Positions 8,481 through 17,694 of a stretch of DNA of 40,910 bases are shown here, piece by piece. Every line of letters begins with the position of its first letter. Within the stretch, counting starts at the first letter, position 1. A model generated the notes under the pieces. The model was not told where the DNA came from, made no database searches, and saw only the letters and a program-made list of their open reading frames with translations. The stretch is from Archangiaceae bacterium (GTDB taxonomy: Bacteria; Myxococcota; Myxococcia; Myxococcales; Myxococcaceae), in the NCBI GenBank assembly GCA_043750125.1, contig JAYVCD010000088.1, positions 1-40,910 of the forward strand, given 5' to 3'. The position numbers and the translations under genes were made by a program.

Positions 8481-9385
8481 GCCTGCAGCTTCGCCCCGCG
8501 ACCCCGGCCGAGCAGCGGGCGCGTGACGCGCTGACCTGGGCGGAATGGGGCAGCCGACTGACGGTGGCCCAATACCTGGAGCGCGAGCAGGCCCTGCGCA
8601 GTCACCCCTGGCCGCGCGAGGCGATGACCACCTGGCTGCTCACCGAGGGGAGGCAGATTCTCTGCTCCTGCGAGACGTTTCGAAACGAGAGCAGCGTCGG
8701 CGGGCACCCCGGCTCGAGCTTCGCGGTGGCGTCGGTCTTCACCGAGCCCGACCGGCGGGGAAAGGGCTACGCGGGAAAGATGATGTCGGCGCTGCTCGAG
8801 CGGCTGCGGGAGCGACCCGACGCTCAGAGCTCGGTGCTGTTCTCGGACGTGGGCGCACCGCTGTATGAAAAGGCCGGCTACCGGGCGTTGCCCGCTTGGG
8901 ACTGGGTGCTGCCCGCAGCAGACGTTCCTTCGGACGCCCAGGGTCTGGGCCGGCCGGTGTCTGCTCCCCCGCGCGGGGCCGGGGTAGAAGGGCAGCTTCT
9001 TCTTCACCCTTCGGGGCAGCAGCTGGACTGGCATTTCGAGCGCAGTGAGCTGTACGCCCGGTTTTTCGGCCGTCCCCCGCTGAGCGACTACGGAGCGCGC
9101 ACCGCCCTGGGCACGGCGTGGTGGACCGCCCAGTTCAAGAGCGACGAGCTGTTGGTGCTTTGGCTGGACGCGCCGGATGCCGCCGCCGCCGCCCCGCTGC
9201 TCCGGGCCGCCCAGCTTCAAGCCCACCGGGCGGGGCTTCCCCGGGTGCGGGTGTGGGAGACTTTCCGCCTCGATGCCATCGCCGGCGCCCAGCGACGGGT
9301 GCGCGAGGGCGAATTGCCGATGGTCGTTGCGCTCAACGTTCCCTTCAGCTCCTGGCAACGGGTCGAACGTGCATTGTGGGTGTAG
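8477..9385 (+). CDS. GNAT-family N-acetyltransferase
   Basis: Acetyl-CoA motif A: VASVFTEPDRRGKGYAGKMM; SVLFSDVGAPLYEKAGY. Confidence 0.85.
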   Translation: MSLQLRPATPAEQRARDALTWAEWGSRLTVAQYLEREQALRSHPWPREAMTTWLLTEGRQILCSCETFRNESSVGGHPGSSFAVASVFTEPDRRGKGYAGKMMSALLERLRERPDAQSSVLFSDVGAPLYEKAGYRALPAWDWVLPAADVPSDAQGLGRPVSAPPRGAGVEGQLLLHPSGQQLDWHFERSELYARFFGRPPLSDYGARTALGTAWWTAQFKSDELLVLWLDAPDAAAAAPLLRAAQLQAHRAGLPRVRVWETFRLDAIAGAQRRVREGELPMVVALNVPFSSWQRVERALWV

Positions 9386-9414
9386 GGGCCAAGTTCGCCT
9401 AGAGTGAAAGGCCT

Positions 9415-9780
9415 GTGAAGCGCTTGATCCTCGTGTCCGATGGCAGCCCTGAGCTGGTGGAATCGCTCTCGCACATCGGCGACGAGCTCAATTTGACCGT
9501 GCTCTCGGACCCGGCGGCGGGCGTCGTCGCGCGCGCCCGCAAGGAACAGCCGCAGCTGATCATTCTCGACATCCACCAGAAAGACGGGCTCGAGCTGCTC
9601 AGCCTGTTGAAGACCGGCCTGGGCACCCGCAACATTCCGGTGGTGGTGGTGGGCGGTGAGGACTCTTCGACCTTGCGCGAGATGGCGCTGGAAATCGGAG
9701 CCGATGCCTTCGTCGAAAAGCCCCTCGGCCCGGATTTTTTGCCCAAGGTCGCAACCTTCCTCAACAACGCCCAGAAGTAG
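9415..9780 (+). CDS. Single-domain response regulator receiver (CheY-like)
   Basis: PQLIILDIH..DGLELL, IPVVVV, GADAFVEKP. Confidence 0.85.
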   Translation: MKRLILVSDGSPELVESLSHIGDELNLTVLSDPAAGVVARARKEQPQLIILDIHQKDGLELLSLLKTGLGTRNIPVVVVGGEDSSTLREMALEIGADAFVEKPLGPDFLPKVATFLNNAQK

Positions 9781-9831
9781 CCGCGCCCCCGACGGGCCAG
9801 CGCAGGCGCGACAAAGTGGTAAGCAGCGCCG

Positions 9832-11151
9832 ATGACGACTGCCTTGCTGATCCTCGTCCTGCTGGCGGGTCCGGCGACGCCGGTCGAGCCTGGGCCCCAG
9901 AAGCAACTGACCTTCATCGAAGACGACTACCCGGCCGCGCTCGCCCTGGCGAAAAAGGGAAAGCTCCCGCTGTTCATCGATGCGTGGGCGCCCTGGTGCC
10001 ACACCTGCGTGTTCATGCGCGAGCACGTCTTCAACAAGTCCGAGCTGGGCAAGCACGCGGCGCGCTTCGTGTTCCTTTCCATCGACACCGAGAAGGAATC
10101 GAGCGCTCCGTTCCTGCGCAAATATCCAATCGACACCTGGCCCACCTTGTTCATCGTGGACAGCGCGAAAGAGACGGTGGCCCTCAGTTGGTTGGGCAGC
10201 GTGAACGCCGAGCAGTTCGGGCGGCTTCTCGACGATGGGGAAAGAGCGGTGAAGGTCGCGGCGCAGCCCAAAGGCTCGGCCGAGCAGAAGCTGGCCCAGG
10301 CCGACCGGCTCTTCGGTGAAAAGAAGCTTCCCCAGGCGATCGCCGCCTACCGCGCCGCGTTCGAGGCGATGAAGCCGGGCCAGCCGCGCAACGCGAGGAC
10401 GATCGAGTCGCTGCTCACCGCGCTCAACCAGAACAAAGAATACAAAAGCTGCGTCGACCTGGCCCTGGCCCAGGCGCCGCAACTTCCCCGCGGGCCCAGC
10501 TTCGTCAATGCGCTGTATCTGGGCCTGTCGTGCCAGGCCTCCGCCGACAACAAGGAACCGTGGAAGCTCGACGCCGGCGAGCAGCTGTTCGCGCTGGGGC
10601 AAGAGGGGTTGAAGGTCGAAGGGATTCTGGCCGACGACCGCAGCGGGCTGTACGAGGCGCTGGTCGATTTCCTCGTCGAGAAGGGGGACAAGAAAGGCAG
10701 CGTCGAATTGGCGAAGGCCTGGCTGGAGTTCCTCGAGGCCGAAGCGGCCAGGGCTCCGACCGCTGCGGCCCGGGCGGCCTTTGATCCCCACCGCCTGAAC
10801 GCCGCGCTGGCGTCGGGCCAGCCCCAGCGGGTGGTCGCGGCGCTGACGAAGTCCGAGGCGGACCTCCCCGAGGACTACAACCCGCCCGCGCGGCTGGCGA
10901 TCGCCTACCGCGAGCTGGGCAAGCTCGACGAAGCGCTCGCGGCCGCCGACCGCGCGATGAAGAAGGTCTATGGCCCGCGGAAGATCCGGGTGCTGGAGAC
11001 CCGGGCTTCGATTCTGGCCAGGAAGGGAGACCTGGCCGGACAGAAGCAGGCGCTGCTCGAGGCGGTGACTTGCGCCAAAGCGCTTCCGGAAGGGCAGCGC
11101 AATCCAACCACCATCGCCCGGCTCGAGGGCCAGGTGGGAAAGCTCAAATGA
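9832..11151 (+). CDS. Exported thioredoxin-family protein with TPR-like helical repeats
   Basis: Signal peptide; IDAWAPWCHTC CxxC; cis-Pro loop WPTLFIVD; C-terminal TPR-like segments (LAIAYRELGKLDEALAA). Confidence 0.8.
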   Translation: MTTALLILVLLAGPATPVEPGPQKQLTFIEDDYPAALALAKKGKLPLFIDAWAPWCHTCVFMREHVFNKSELGKHAARFVFLSIDTEKESSAPFLRKYPIDTWPTLFIVDSAKETVALSWLGSVNAEQFGRLLDDGERAVKVAAQPKGSAEQKLAQADRLFGEKKLPQAIAAYRAAFEAMKPGQPRNARTIESLLTALNQNKEYKSCVDLALAQAPQLPRGPSFVNALYLGLSCQASADNKEPWKLDAGEQLFALGQEGLKVEGILADDRSGLYEALVDFLVEKGDKKGSVELAKAWLEFLEAEAARAPTAAARAAFDPHRLNAALASGQPQRVVAALTKSEADLPEDYNPPARLAIAYRELGKLDEALAAADRAMKKVYGPRKIRVLETRASILARKGDLAGQKQALLEAVTCAKALPEGQRNPTTIARLEGQVGKLK

Positions 11152-12411
11152 TCCGAATCGCGCTCGTCGTCTGCGGCCTATTCCTCGCCAGTTGCAGCAA
11201 GGGCGCCCCCGGTTCCTGCGCCACCGATTCGCAATGCAACCCGGGCCTGTGCTGCTCGGGCCAGTGCGTGGACGTGTCGACCTCGACCCTTCACTGCGGG
11301 GCCTGCTTCAACGGGTGCGGAGCCCAGAACGGAGCGGCCAGCTGCTTCGCCGGAGCCTGTTCGATCAGCTGCGCGAGCGGTTTTGGCGACTGCAACAAGA
11401 TGGCGAAGGACGGCTGCGAGACCGAGCTTGCCAGCACGGTCAACCATTGCGGCGCGTGCGCCACCGCGTGCAGTTCGGCCAATTCCACCCAGGTCTGCGA
11501 GCGCAGCCATTGCCTGCAGAGCAGCTGCGATCCCGGCTTTGGAGATTGCAACGCCAACGACGGCGACGGGTGTGAAGTCGACCTGAACAGCTAAGTGACC
11601 CACTGCGGCAGCTGCGCCAAAAAGTGCGTCACCGTCGCAGGCATCGGGGCGTGCAACGGATTTCAGCGGGGGCGAAGATGCCGGCGCCGGCCCGACCTGG
11701 AAGAAGCTCGTCGCCACCGGAGGTCCGACCGCCAACCGGGGCATGGCCGGGTGGGCGTGGGACAAGGCGACCCGCACGCTCTTCATCTACGGCGGCACCG
11801 ACGCGGACAACAACCTCGTCTACGACGAGCTGTGGCAGCTCGAGGTGGCGAGCTTGAATTGAACCGCGCGCACTAAACCCGGCTCGCCCGGAGGCCGGTA
11901 CGAGGGGGTGATGGTCTGGGACTCCGCGCGGCAGGCGGTGGTGGTGGGCCAGGGCTACGACAACAACTTCGTCCCTTCGTCCAGCTTCTACGCCTTCGAC
12001 CCGACCGCCGATGGCGGGGGGTGGAGCCCGCTGGTCACGACTTCCACTGCGTCCGCGCGGTCGGGGGCGGCTTTTCTGGGGGACCTGCAGCCGCTGCACG
12101 TCTGGGCCGGCGTCGACGACAACGGAGATCTCTCGAACGAGCTCTACCGGCTGGACCTGCCCGACGGAGGGCCCCAGTGGACGGCGGTGGCCGCGGCCAA
12201 CCCGCCTTCGGCCCGGGGCTACCCGACCGGGGTGAGCGTCGCAGGGCGAAGACTCATCTTTGGCGGCTACGGGGTTCAGGGCTTCAACACGATTGCGTTG
12301 CGCGACATCTGGGAGCTCGAGGAAGACGCCGGCTGGACGTTGACCGCCGACGGGGGAATCCCCTTCGCCCACCCCGGAACGGTCTTCACCACCGCGGTGG
12401 CCCGCGAATAA
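11148..12411 (+). pseudogene. Disrupted Cys-rich lipoprotein with C-terminal Kelch-like repeats
   Basis: Lipobox FLASC; HCGACxxxC repeats; in-frame TAA at 11592-11594 inside repeat 3; frame switch near 11655-11665 into Kelch-like repeats (LFIYGG..DELW, LIFGGY..DIW); second nonsense TGA at 11860-11862. Confidence 0.75.
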
Positions 12412-12474
12412 CGGCCCCAGGGGGTGCAACTGAGAAGTAGCGCGCCGAAATCCACACGGTATGTTCGCGACAAG

Positions 12475-13191
12475 ATGAGTGACGTCAAACTGCCTGCGCA
12501 CCTGATCGAGGTGCTCGAAACCATGTCGCAGGAAATGGGAGTGCCCCGCGACGCGCTGGTGTCCCAGGCCGTCTTCCAGTTCGCGCGCCTCAGTGGATAC
12601 CTGGTGGCCGGTAAAAGCGCCGGGGTGACCGCGGCCCGAGCGCCAATTCGCCCCCACTCGGGCAACGCCGCTTCGAAAAAGCGTGCCCCGGACCCGGAAC
12701 CTCAGGACGACGAGGCGCCCGCGGAGGACGAGGAAGGCAACCCGTTCGACGAGCAGGTGCACGACGCTCCGCCGGAAGACGAGCCGATGGACGAGCCGGC
12801 GCAAGACGAAGAGCCGCCCCAGGAAGAAGAGGCACCTGCGGAAGACGAAGCGCCGCCCGAGGAAGAAGAGCCCGCCCCGCAGGTGAAGGGGAAGGGCTCG
12901 ACGATGGTCATCTCGATGGCCGGCCGCGAGTCGTACAAGATGACCGGAGACCAGGTGCTGCTCGGCCGCGGGAAGCACTGCGACTTCGTCATCGAGTCCA
13001 ATCGGGTCTCGCGCGAGCACGCCCGGTTCACCAAGAAGGGCACCGACTACTTCGTCGAAGACCTCGGCAGCTCGAACGGAACCTTCGTCGGCGCGGGGAG
13101 CAAAGAGAAGCTCACCGGCCCGAAGAAGCTCAAAGATGGCGACGATGTGACCTTCGGCACCGAGAAGGTGAAGGTCGCGATCAAGAAGTAG
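12475..13191 (+). CDS. FHA-domain protein with N-terminal ribbon-helix-helix-like segment and acidic linker
   Basis: FHA motifs LGRG..CD, VSREHA, VEDLGSSNGTFV, LKDGD; N-terminal VKLPAHLIEVLETMSQEMGVPRDALVSQAV; E/D/P-rich linker. Confidence 0.85.
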   Translation: MSDVKLPAHLIEVLETMSQEMGVPRDALVSQAVFQFARLSGYLVAGKSAGVTAARAPIRPHSGNAASKKRAPDPEPQDDEAPAEDEEGNPFDEQVHDAPPEDEPMDEPAQDEEPPQEEEAPAEDEAPPEEEEPAPQVKGKGSTMVISMAGRESYKMTGDQVLLGRGKHCDFVIESNRVSREHARFTKKGTDYFVEDLGSSNGTFVGAGSKEKLTGPKKLKDGDDVTFGTEKVKVAIKK

Positions 13192-13554
13192 CTACTCGTG
13201 GGCGAAGGATCCACCGCCGCCCCGAGGACTGAAGCGCTCGAAGACATGAGCCATCGCCGCCGGCTGGGCGAGTTCTTGTTCGGTGATTAAGCCGACGAAC
13301 TCGTCGCCCGACAGCACCGCGACGAACGGCATCTGGGCGGCGTTCATCTGGCTGCGCGCCTCGGTCAACAAGGTCGCCGGAGAGGTGGTGGGCACGTTGC
13401 GTTCCATCACCGAGGCCACGTAGGCAAACGGTCCCCGTTCCTGGGCGGCCAGAATCAAATCTCCGCGCAGCACCACCCCCACCAGTCGCCGGTCGTGAAG
13501 CACGGCGAAGGCGAACTGAGGATTTCGAGCCACCCAGGCGACGGCCTCGGCCAT
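13192..13554 (-). CDS. CBS-pair domain protein (possibly 5'-truncated remnant)
   Basis: VTFSPDTTMAEAV, AVLHDRRLVGVVLRGDL, VASVMERNVPT, VAVLSGDEFVGLITEQEL; the first CBS strand lies upstream of the ATG and overlaps the LysR gene stop. Confidence 0.7.
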   Translation of the reverse strand: MAEAVAWVARNPQFAFAVLHDRRLVGVVLRGDLILAAQERGPFAYVASVMERNVPTTSPATLLTEARSQMNAAQMPFVAVLSGDEFVGLITEQELAQPAAMAHVFERFSPRGGGGSFAHE

Positions 13555-13574
13555 CGTGGTGTCGGGCGAAAAGG

Positions 13575-14498
13575 TTACTTTCGGGAATCCTCGTTTTTGC
13601 CGAATAGTTCTCTTCGGGCCGAGGCCGCAACGGCAACGACTGCGGCGTGGCGCAAACGCCGCTCGACCGAGATGGCCCAGAATCGCTCGGTGACATCGGC
13701 AGTGCGCCCCACCACTTGAACGTCGTACTGCCGGCACACCTCGTCTTCGATCACCGTCGGCGCCGCGAAGACTCCCCTGCCCCGCATTCCGAAAGTCATC
13801 AGCAGCGCGCTGTCGTCGAACTCGGCCACCACCTTCGGCCGCACCCCGAGGGTGTCGAGCCAGATGTCGAGCTGACGGCGCACCGTTGTGGATCGCGACG
13901 GGAGCAACATCGGGGTCCCCTCGAGGCTCTTGGGAAAACCGCGGCGCAGCGAGCCGGCCTGGCCTGCGCGCGCGAAGAACGTGGTCCCGCTCTCGCCCAG
14001 CGCGTGGCTGAAGGCTTTGACCTTGATGTCGGTCGGCGCGGGCGAGTCGGACAGCACGACGTCCAGCTCGTGCAGCGCCAGCTCGGCCAGCAGCTGGGGC
14101 AGCGGCCCTTCGTGACATTCCAGCTGCAGCAAAGGCACCGCATCGAACGCCGGCTCGAGCAGCCGCTGAGCGACGAGCTTCGGAATGACGTCCGCGACTC
14201 CCACCGCGAAGCGCACCCCGGTGCCCGGATTGCCGCCGGTCTCGAGCGCGTTCTGCAGCTCTTTGCCGAGGCGGAAGATTTCGTCGGCGTAGCGGAACGT
14301 GGTCTGGCCCACGTCGGTGAGGACCAATTTGCGGCCCTGCCGGGCAAACAACTTCTGACCCAGGGATTCTTCCAGGGTCTTCAGCTGGGTCGAGATGGTG
14401 GGCTGGGACAGGTGCAGCTCTTTGCTGGCAGCCGAGATGGTTCCCGCGCGGGCCACGGTCCAGAAATAGAGAAGGTGGTGGTAATTGAGCCAGGGCAT
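13575..14498 (-). CDS. nhaR: LysR-family regulator, NhaR-like
   Basis: WLNYHHLLYFWTVARAGTI...LHLSQPTISTQLKTLE HTH; VGVADVIPK; EFDDSALLMTFG; ISVERRLRH are characteristic of the NhaR subfamily. Confidence 0.85.
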   Translation of the reverse strand: MPWLNYHHLLYFWTVARAGTISAASKELHLSQPTISTQLKTLEESLGQKLFARQGRKLVLTDVGQTTFRYADEIFRLGKELQNALETGGNPGTGVRFAVGVADVIPKLVAQRLLEPAFDAVPLLQLECHEGPLPQLLAELALHELDVVLSDSPAPTDIKVKAFSHALGESGTTFFARAGQAGSLRRGFPKSLEGTPMLLPSRSTTVRRQLDIWLDTLGVRPKVVAEFDDSALLMTFGMRGRGVFAAPTVIEDEVCRQYDVQVVGRTADVTERFWAISVERRLRHAAVVAVAASARRELFGKNEDSRK

Positions 14499-14579
14499 TG
14501 GTTTTGCGAATTGGAACACGCCGGTTCAAAATCTGCAGCAGACGGTGAAGGGGTTGTGCTCGGAATTGTTTGGGGCGAA

Positions 14580-14646
14580 TCGACAGACGGGCATTGCAGT
14601 GCCAGTCGGCTGGCCATCAATGCCGACTTTCTGGCAACGCCCGATC
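14580..14646 (+). repeat. Dispersed intergenic structured repeat, copy 1
   Basis: TCGACAGACGGGCATTGCAGTGCCAGTCGGCTGGCCATCAATGCCGACTTTCTGGCAACGC; also at 18275, 19143 and 20527 in the same orientation. Confidence 0.9.
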
Positions 14647-14720
14647 CTTCGCGCCATCGTCCACTCAGCCCCGAAGCCGATTTGAGGGCGTTCCTCCGCA
14701 AGGCTTGATTTAAGGAACGG

Positions 14721-16118
14721 ATGGAAAGAGTCGCAGCCACCTCGGGCCCGACTTCTTCCGAGGTTGCCTGTGGGGTGTGCAGCCAGCCAGTCGAGGGCGC
14801 GCGGTGCACCGGGTGTGGCGCCGCGCATACCGCCGGAGCATTTCGAATCACCCGGGTCATCGCGGTCACTCCTCACAGCCGGCTTTACGGTGCAGTCGGG
14901 CCCGGCGGGCAAACCGTCGCGCTCAAAGAGCTGCTGTTTGCCACCGTGCCCACCATCGAACAGGTCGAGGCTTTCGAGCGGGAGGCGAAGCTGCTTCAGC
15001 AGCTCGACCATCCCGCGATCCCCCGGTTTGTCGCGAGCTTCTCCGAAGGAACAGGCCTGGGCCTGCGGCTCTACCTGGCCCAGCAGCTGGTCCCCAGCGA
15101 CTCGTTGCAGAGCCGGGTAGGCCATCGTCCATTCACCGCGGCCGAGGCGATTCAGTGTGCCGAGGCGCTGCTGGAAGTCCTGCGGTACCTCCACCAGCGT
15201 ACGCCACCGCTGCTGCATCGCGACCTCAAGCCAGCCAACGTGATCCAACGCCCGGACGGGACACTGGCGTTGGTCGACTTCGGGTCCGCACGCATTCTGA
15301 GCTCCACGGTCACCCACGGAGCCACGCTGGTCGGCACCTTCGGGTACATGGCGCCGGAACAGCTGGGCGGAACGGTGAGCACCCGCAGCGATCTCTACGC
15401 GCTGGGCGCCACGCTCGTTACGCTTCTGACCGGCAAGCCGCCCTGGGAGCGGATGAACGATCAGCTCGCGCTCGAGCTCAAGGGCCCACAAGTGCCCGAC
15501 CCCCTGCGCAAATTCCTGAGCCGGCTGCTCGCCGTCAGGCCGGCCGACCGCTTCTCCTCTGCGGGCGCTGCGCTCGCGTTCTTGCGCCGCCCCTGGTACC
15601 GCCGAGGGACTTCAGCCGCAATCTTCCTCGCAACCGCACTGGTCGGCGTGGCAGTGGCCGGGCTCGCTCTGGGCCACCCACAAGCGGTGGACTTCTGGTT
15701 CTACGCGCGCAGCTTCTTGCCCAACGGCTCGGGCGCTTCCAATCGGACCCAGACCCGTGCGAGCGCGGAGATCGGGAAGACGGTTGAAATCTCCGGGCCG
15801 GTCGAAGTCCGGGTCGGGACCGTGACCCGCTCTTCGTGGGCCGACGGAGCGGAGTCGATCTCCGTCGACCTGGATTTGGCCAATCGACTGCCCGAGCCGT
15901 TTGGGCTTCCCGCAGCTGCGTTGCAGCGAACAGTCCGCATTCGCACCCACAGCGGGACGATGGTGGCAGCGCACCCGCTGCGAAATCTCCCTCGCATGCT
16001 TCCGGGGAGCACGTTGCGGCTGCAACTGCACTTCGACCTCGCCACCCAGGACTTCCCGCTGGAATTCGTCTTCGAGGACGGCCAGGTCGTCGCGCCCGAC
16101 TTGAAGCTGCGACCGTGA
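14721..16118 (+). CDS. Ser/Thr protein kinase with N-terminal Zn-ribbon, TM helix and C-terminal extracytoplasmic domain
   Basis: CGVC...CTGC; VALKEL; LLHRDLKPANVI; LVDFG; GTFGYMAPEQ; SDLYALG; TM AAIFLATALVGVAVAGLAL. Confidence 0.88.
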   Translation: MERVAATSGPTSSEVACGVCSQPVEGARCTGCGAAHTAGAFRITRVIAVTPHSRLYGAVGPGGQTVALKELLFATVPTIEQVEAFEREAKLLQQLDHPAIPRFVASFSEGTGLGLRLYLAQQLVPSDSLQSRVGHRPFTAAEAIQCAEALLEVLRYLHQRTPPLLHRDLKPANVIQRPDGTLALVDFGSARILSSTVTHGATLVGTFGYMAPEQLGGTVSTRSDLYALGATLVTLLTGKPPWERMNDQLALELKGPQVPDPLRKFLSRLLAVRPADRFSSAGAALAFLRRPWYRRGTSAAIFLATALVGVAVAGLALGHPQAVDFWFYARSFLPNGSGASNRTQTRASAEIGKTVEISGPVEVRVGTVTRSSWADGAESISVDLDLANRLPEPFGLPAAALQRTVRIRTHSGTMVAAHPLRNLPRMLPGSTLRLQLHFDLATQDFPLEFVFEDGQVVAPDLKLRP

Positions 16119-16246
16119 AATTTTCGCAGGCGATTTCGAGCCTGCGGAGCGCTGAACGGCTGAGCAGAATTCCAGCCTTCGTCGACCTGTTTTTATCTAT
16201 TACGAAATTTTGACATATGCGTAAACATCGCGTTATTTATCGCGCG

Positions 16247-17005
16247 ATGCCTTTCTCCGCCCGGCAGAGCGTCGAGCTCTTTCATCTGCACTTCCTCCGT
16301 CAGCTTGCGGCGGGAACCGATCGGGCGCTCTTCGTGCTGAAGGGGGGCTGCAACCTCCGTTTCTTTTTCGAAAGCTTCCGATACTCGGAAGACATGGATC
16401 TCGACGTCCGGGTGATGACCCGGGCGACCCTGAAGAACAAGGTCGAACGCCTGCTCGATTCCCCGGCCCTGCGCCTGCCGCTGAGGGTGCAGGGGCTCGA
16501 AGTCGTCGAAGTCTCGGCCCCGAAACAAACCGAGACCCCTCAGCGTTGGAAGCTCGGGCTCAAGTTGACCGGACACTCCGTCCCACTGCGGACGAAAGTC
16601 GAGTTCTCGCGACGGGGTGATGCCGAGGGGACGATCGAGGCGGTGAACGGAGCGGTGGCGCGGGCGTATGGAGTCACGCCTCCGGTGGTGAGCCACTACC
16701 TGGCTCCGGCGGCGATCGTTCAGAAAGTCCAGGCGCTGATCGGCCGGCCACAGACCCAGGCTCGCGACGTGTTCGACTTGCAGGTGCTGCGGGCCAAATC
16801 CTCTTCGTCGGTTCGCGTCGGCGAGCCCATCAAGCGGCAGATCCCGCAAGCCATCGAGCGGGTGATGGCGCTTTCGTACGACGACTACCTCGCTCAGGTC
16901 GTCGCTTACCTGTCGGAAGATCAGGCCCCCGCGTTTCGCGATCGAGAAGTCTGGGATGCGATGCAGCTCGAGGTGGTCGAGCTCCTCGAAAGGCTGCAAG
17001 CGTGA
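16247..17005 (+). CDS. AbiEii/AbiGii-family nucleotidyltransferase toxin (type IV TA)
   Basis: FVLKGGCNLRFFF..RYSEDMDLD nucleotidyltransferase motif; KVEFS; KVQAL..R..ARDVFDL. AT-rich promoter with TTGACA at 16210-16215. Alternative start 16217. Confidence 0.85.
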   Translation: MPFSARQSVELFHLHFLRQLAAGTDRALFVLKGGCNLRFFFESFRYSEDMDLDVRVMTRATLKNKVERLLDSPALRLPLRVQGLEVVEVSAPKQTETPQRWKLGLKLTGHSVPLRTKVEFSRRGDAEGTIEAVNGAVARAYGVTPPVVSHYLAPAAIVQKVQALIGRPQTQARDVFDLQVLRAKSSSSVRVGEPIKRQIPQAIERVMALSYDDYLAQVVAYLSEDQAPAFRDREVWDAMQLEVVELLERLQA

Positions 17006-17619
17006 ACGCGTCGCTGGCCTATTCGCGCCTGCTCTCGCTGGGCCCGCCCGTGGTCCGGACGTCTGAGGTCGCAGCCGTGTTGGGCAGCACCGCGCTCGCC
17101 GCCAGCCAGACGCTGCGAAGGCTGGCGGCGGCCGGGTTGGTGAAGCCGCTGCGGCACGGGCTCTTCTGGGTGAAGCAGGAGCCCATCGATTCGTGGGTCG
17201 CGTTGGATTGGATCGCAGCGCCCTACCCGGCGTACGGCTCGCTCTACAGCGCGCTCTACCTGCACGGAGTGCTCTCGCAGCTTCCCCAGACCCACTACGC
17301 GGTCACGCTCGGCCGGACCCAGAAGGTCCAGACGGCCGCCGGGGCCTATTCACTTCATCAAATGGCGCCCGAGGTGTTTGGTGGGTTCGAGACTCTGGGC
17401 AGCGGCGCGAAGCTCGCCACGGTGGAGAAGGCGCTGTTCGATCTCGCCTACCTCGCCGACACGCGCTCGCGGCTGTTTGCACGTCCACCGGAGCTCGAGC
17501 TGCCGGCCCGGGTCAATCGCGCAGAGCTGAGTCGATGGGTTCAACGGATCAAGGATCCGCGACGGCAGACGCTGGTGCGACTTCGGCTGGACGGGTGGAT
17601 CAAGGCCAGCCGCAGGTGA
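17002..17619 (+). CDS. AbiEi-family antitoxin / transcriptional regulator (type IV TA)
   Basis: N-terminal wHTH (EVAAVLG..ASQTLRRLAAAGLVKPLRHGLF); YGSLYSALYLHG; ATVEKALFDL; GTGA coupling to the toxin gene. Confidence 0.82.
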   Translation: MNASLAYSRLLSLGPPVVRTSEVAAVLGSTALAASQTLRRLAAAGLVKPLRHGLFWVKQEPIDSWVALDWIAAPYPAYGSLYSALYLHGVLSQLPQTHYAVTLGRTQKVQTAAGAYSLHQMAPEVFGGFETLGSGAKLATVEKALFDLAYLADTRSRLFARPPELELPARVNRAELSRWVQRIKDPRRQTLVRLRLDGWIKASRR

Positions 17620-17694
17620 GCGGGAGAGCAGGTGAGCGGGCGCACACGACAACAGAAGACACTGAGCAACAGCAGTCTGTTACGACCTGACGCG

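Noticed and set aside
11592-11862. Stop-codon readthrough or recoding (selenocysteine, alternative code) in the Cys-rich gene
   Set aside because: The lesions are of different types (TAA, TGA, frame change), and neighbouring genes use TGA and TAA as normal stops.
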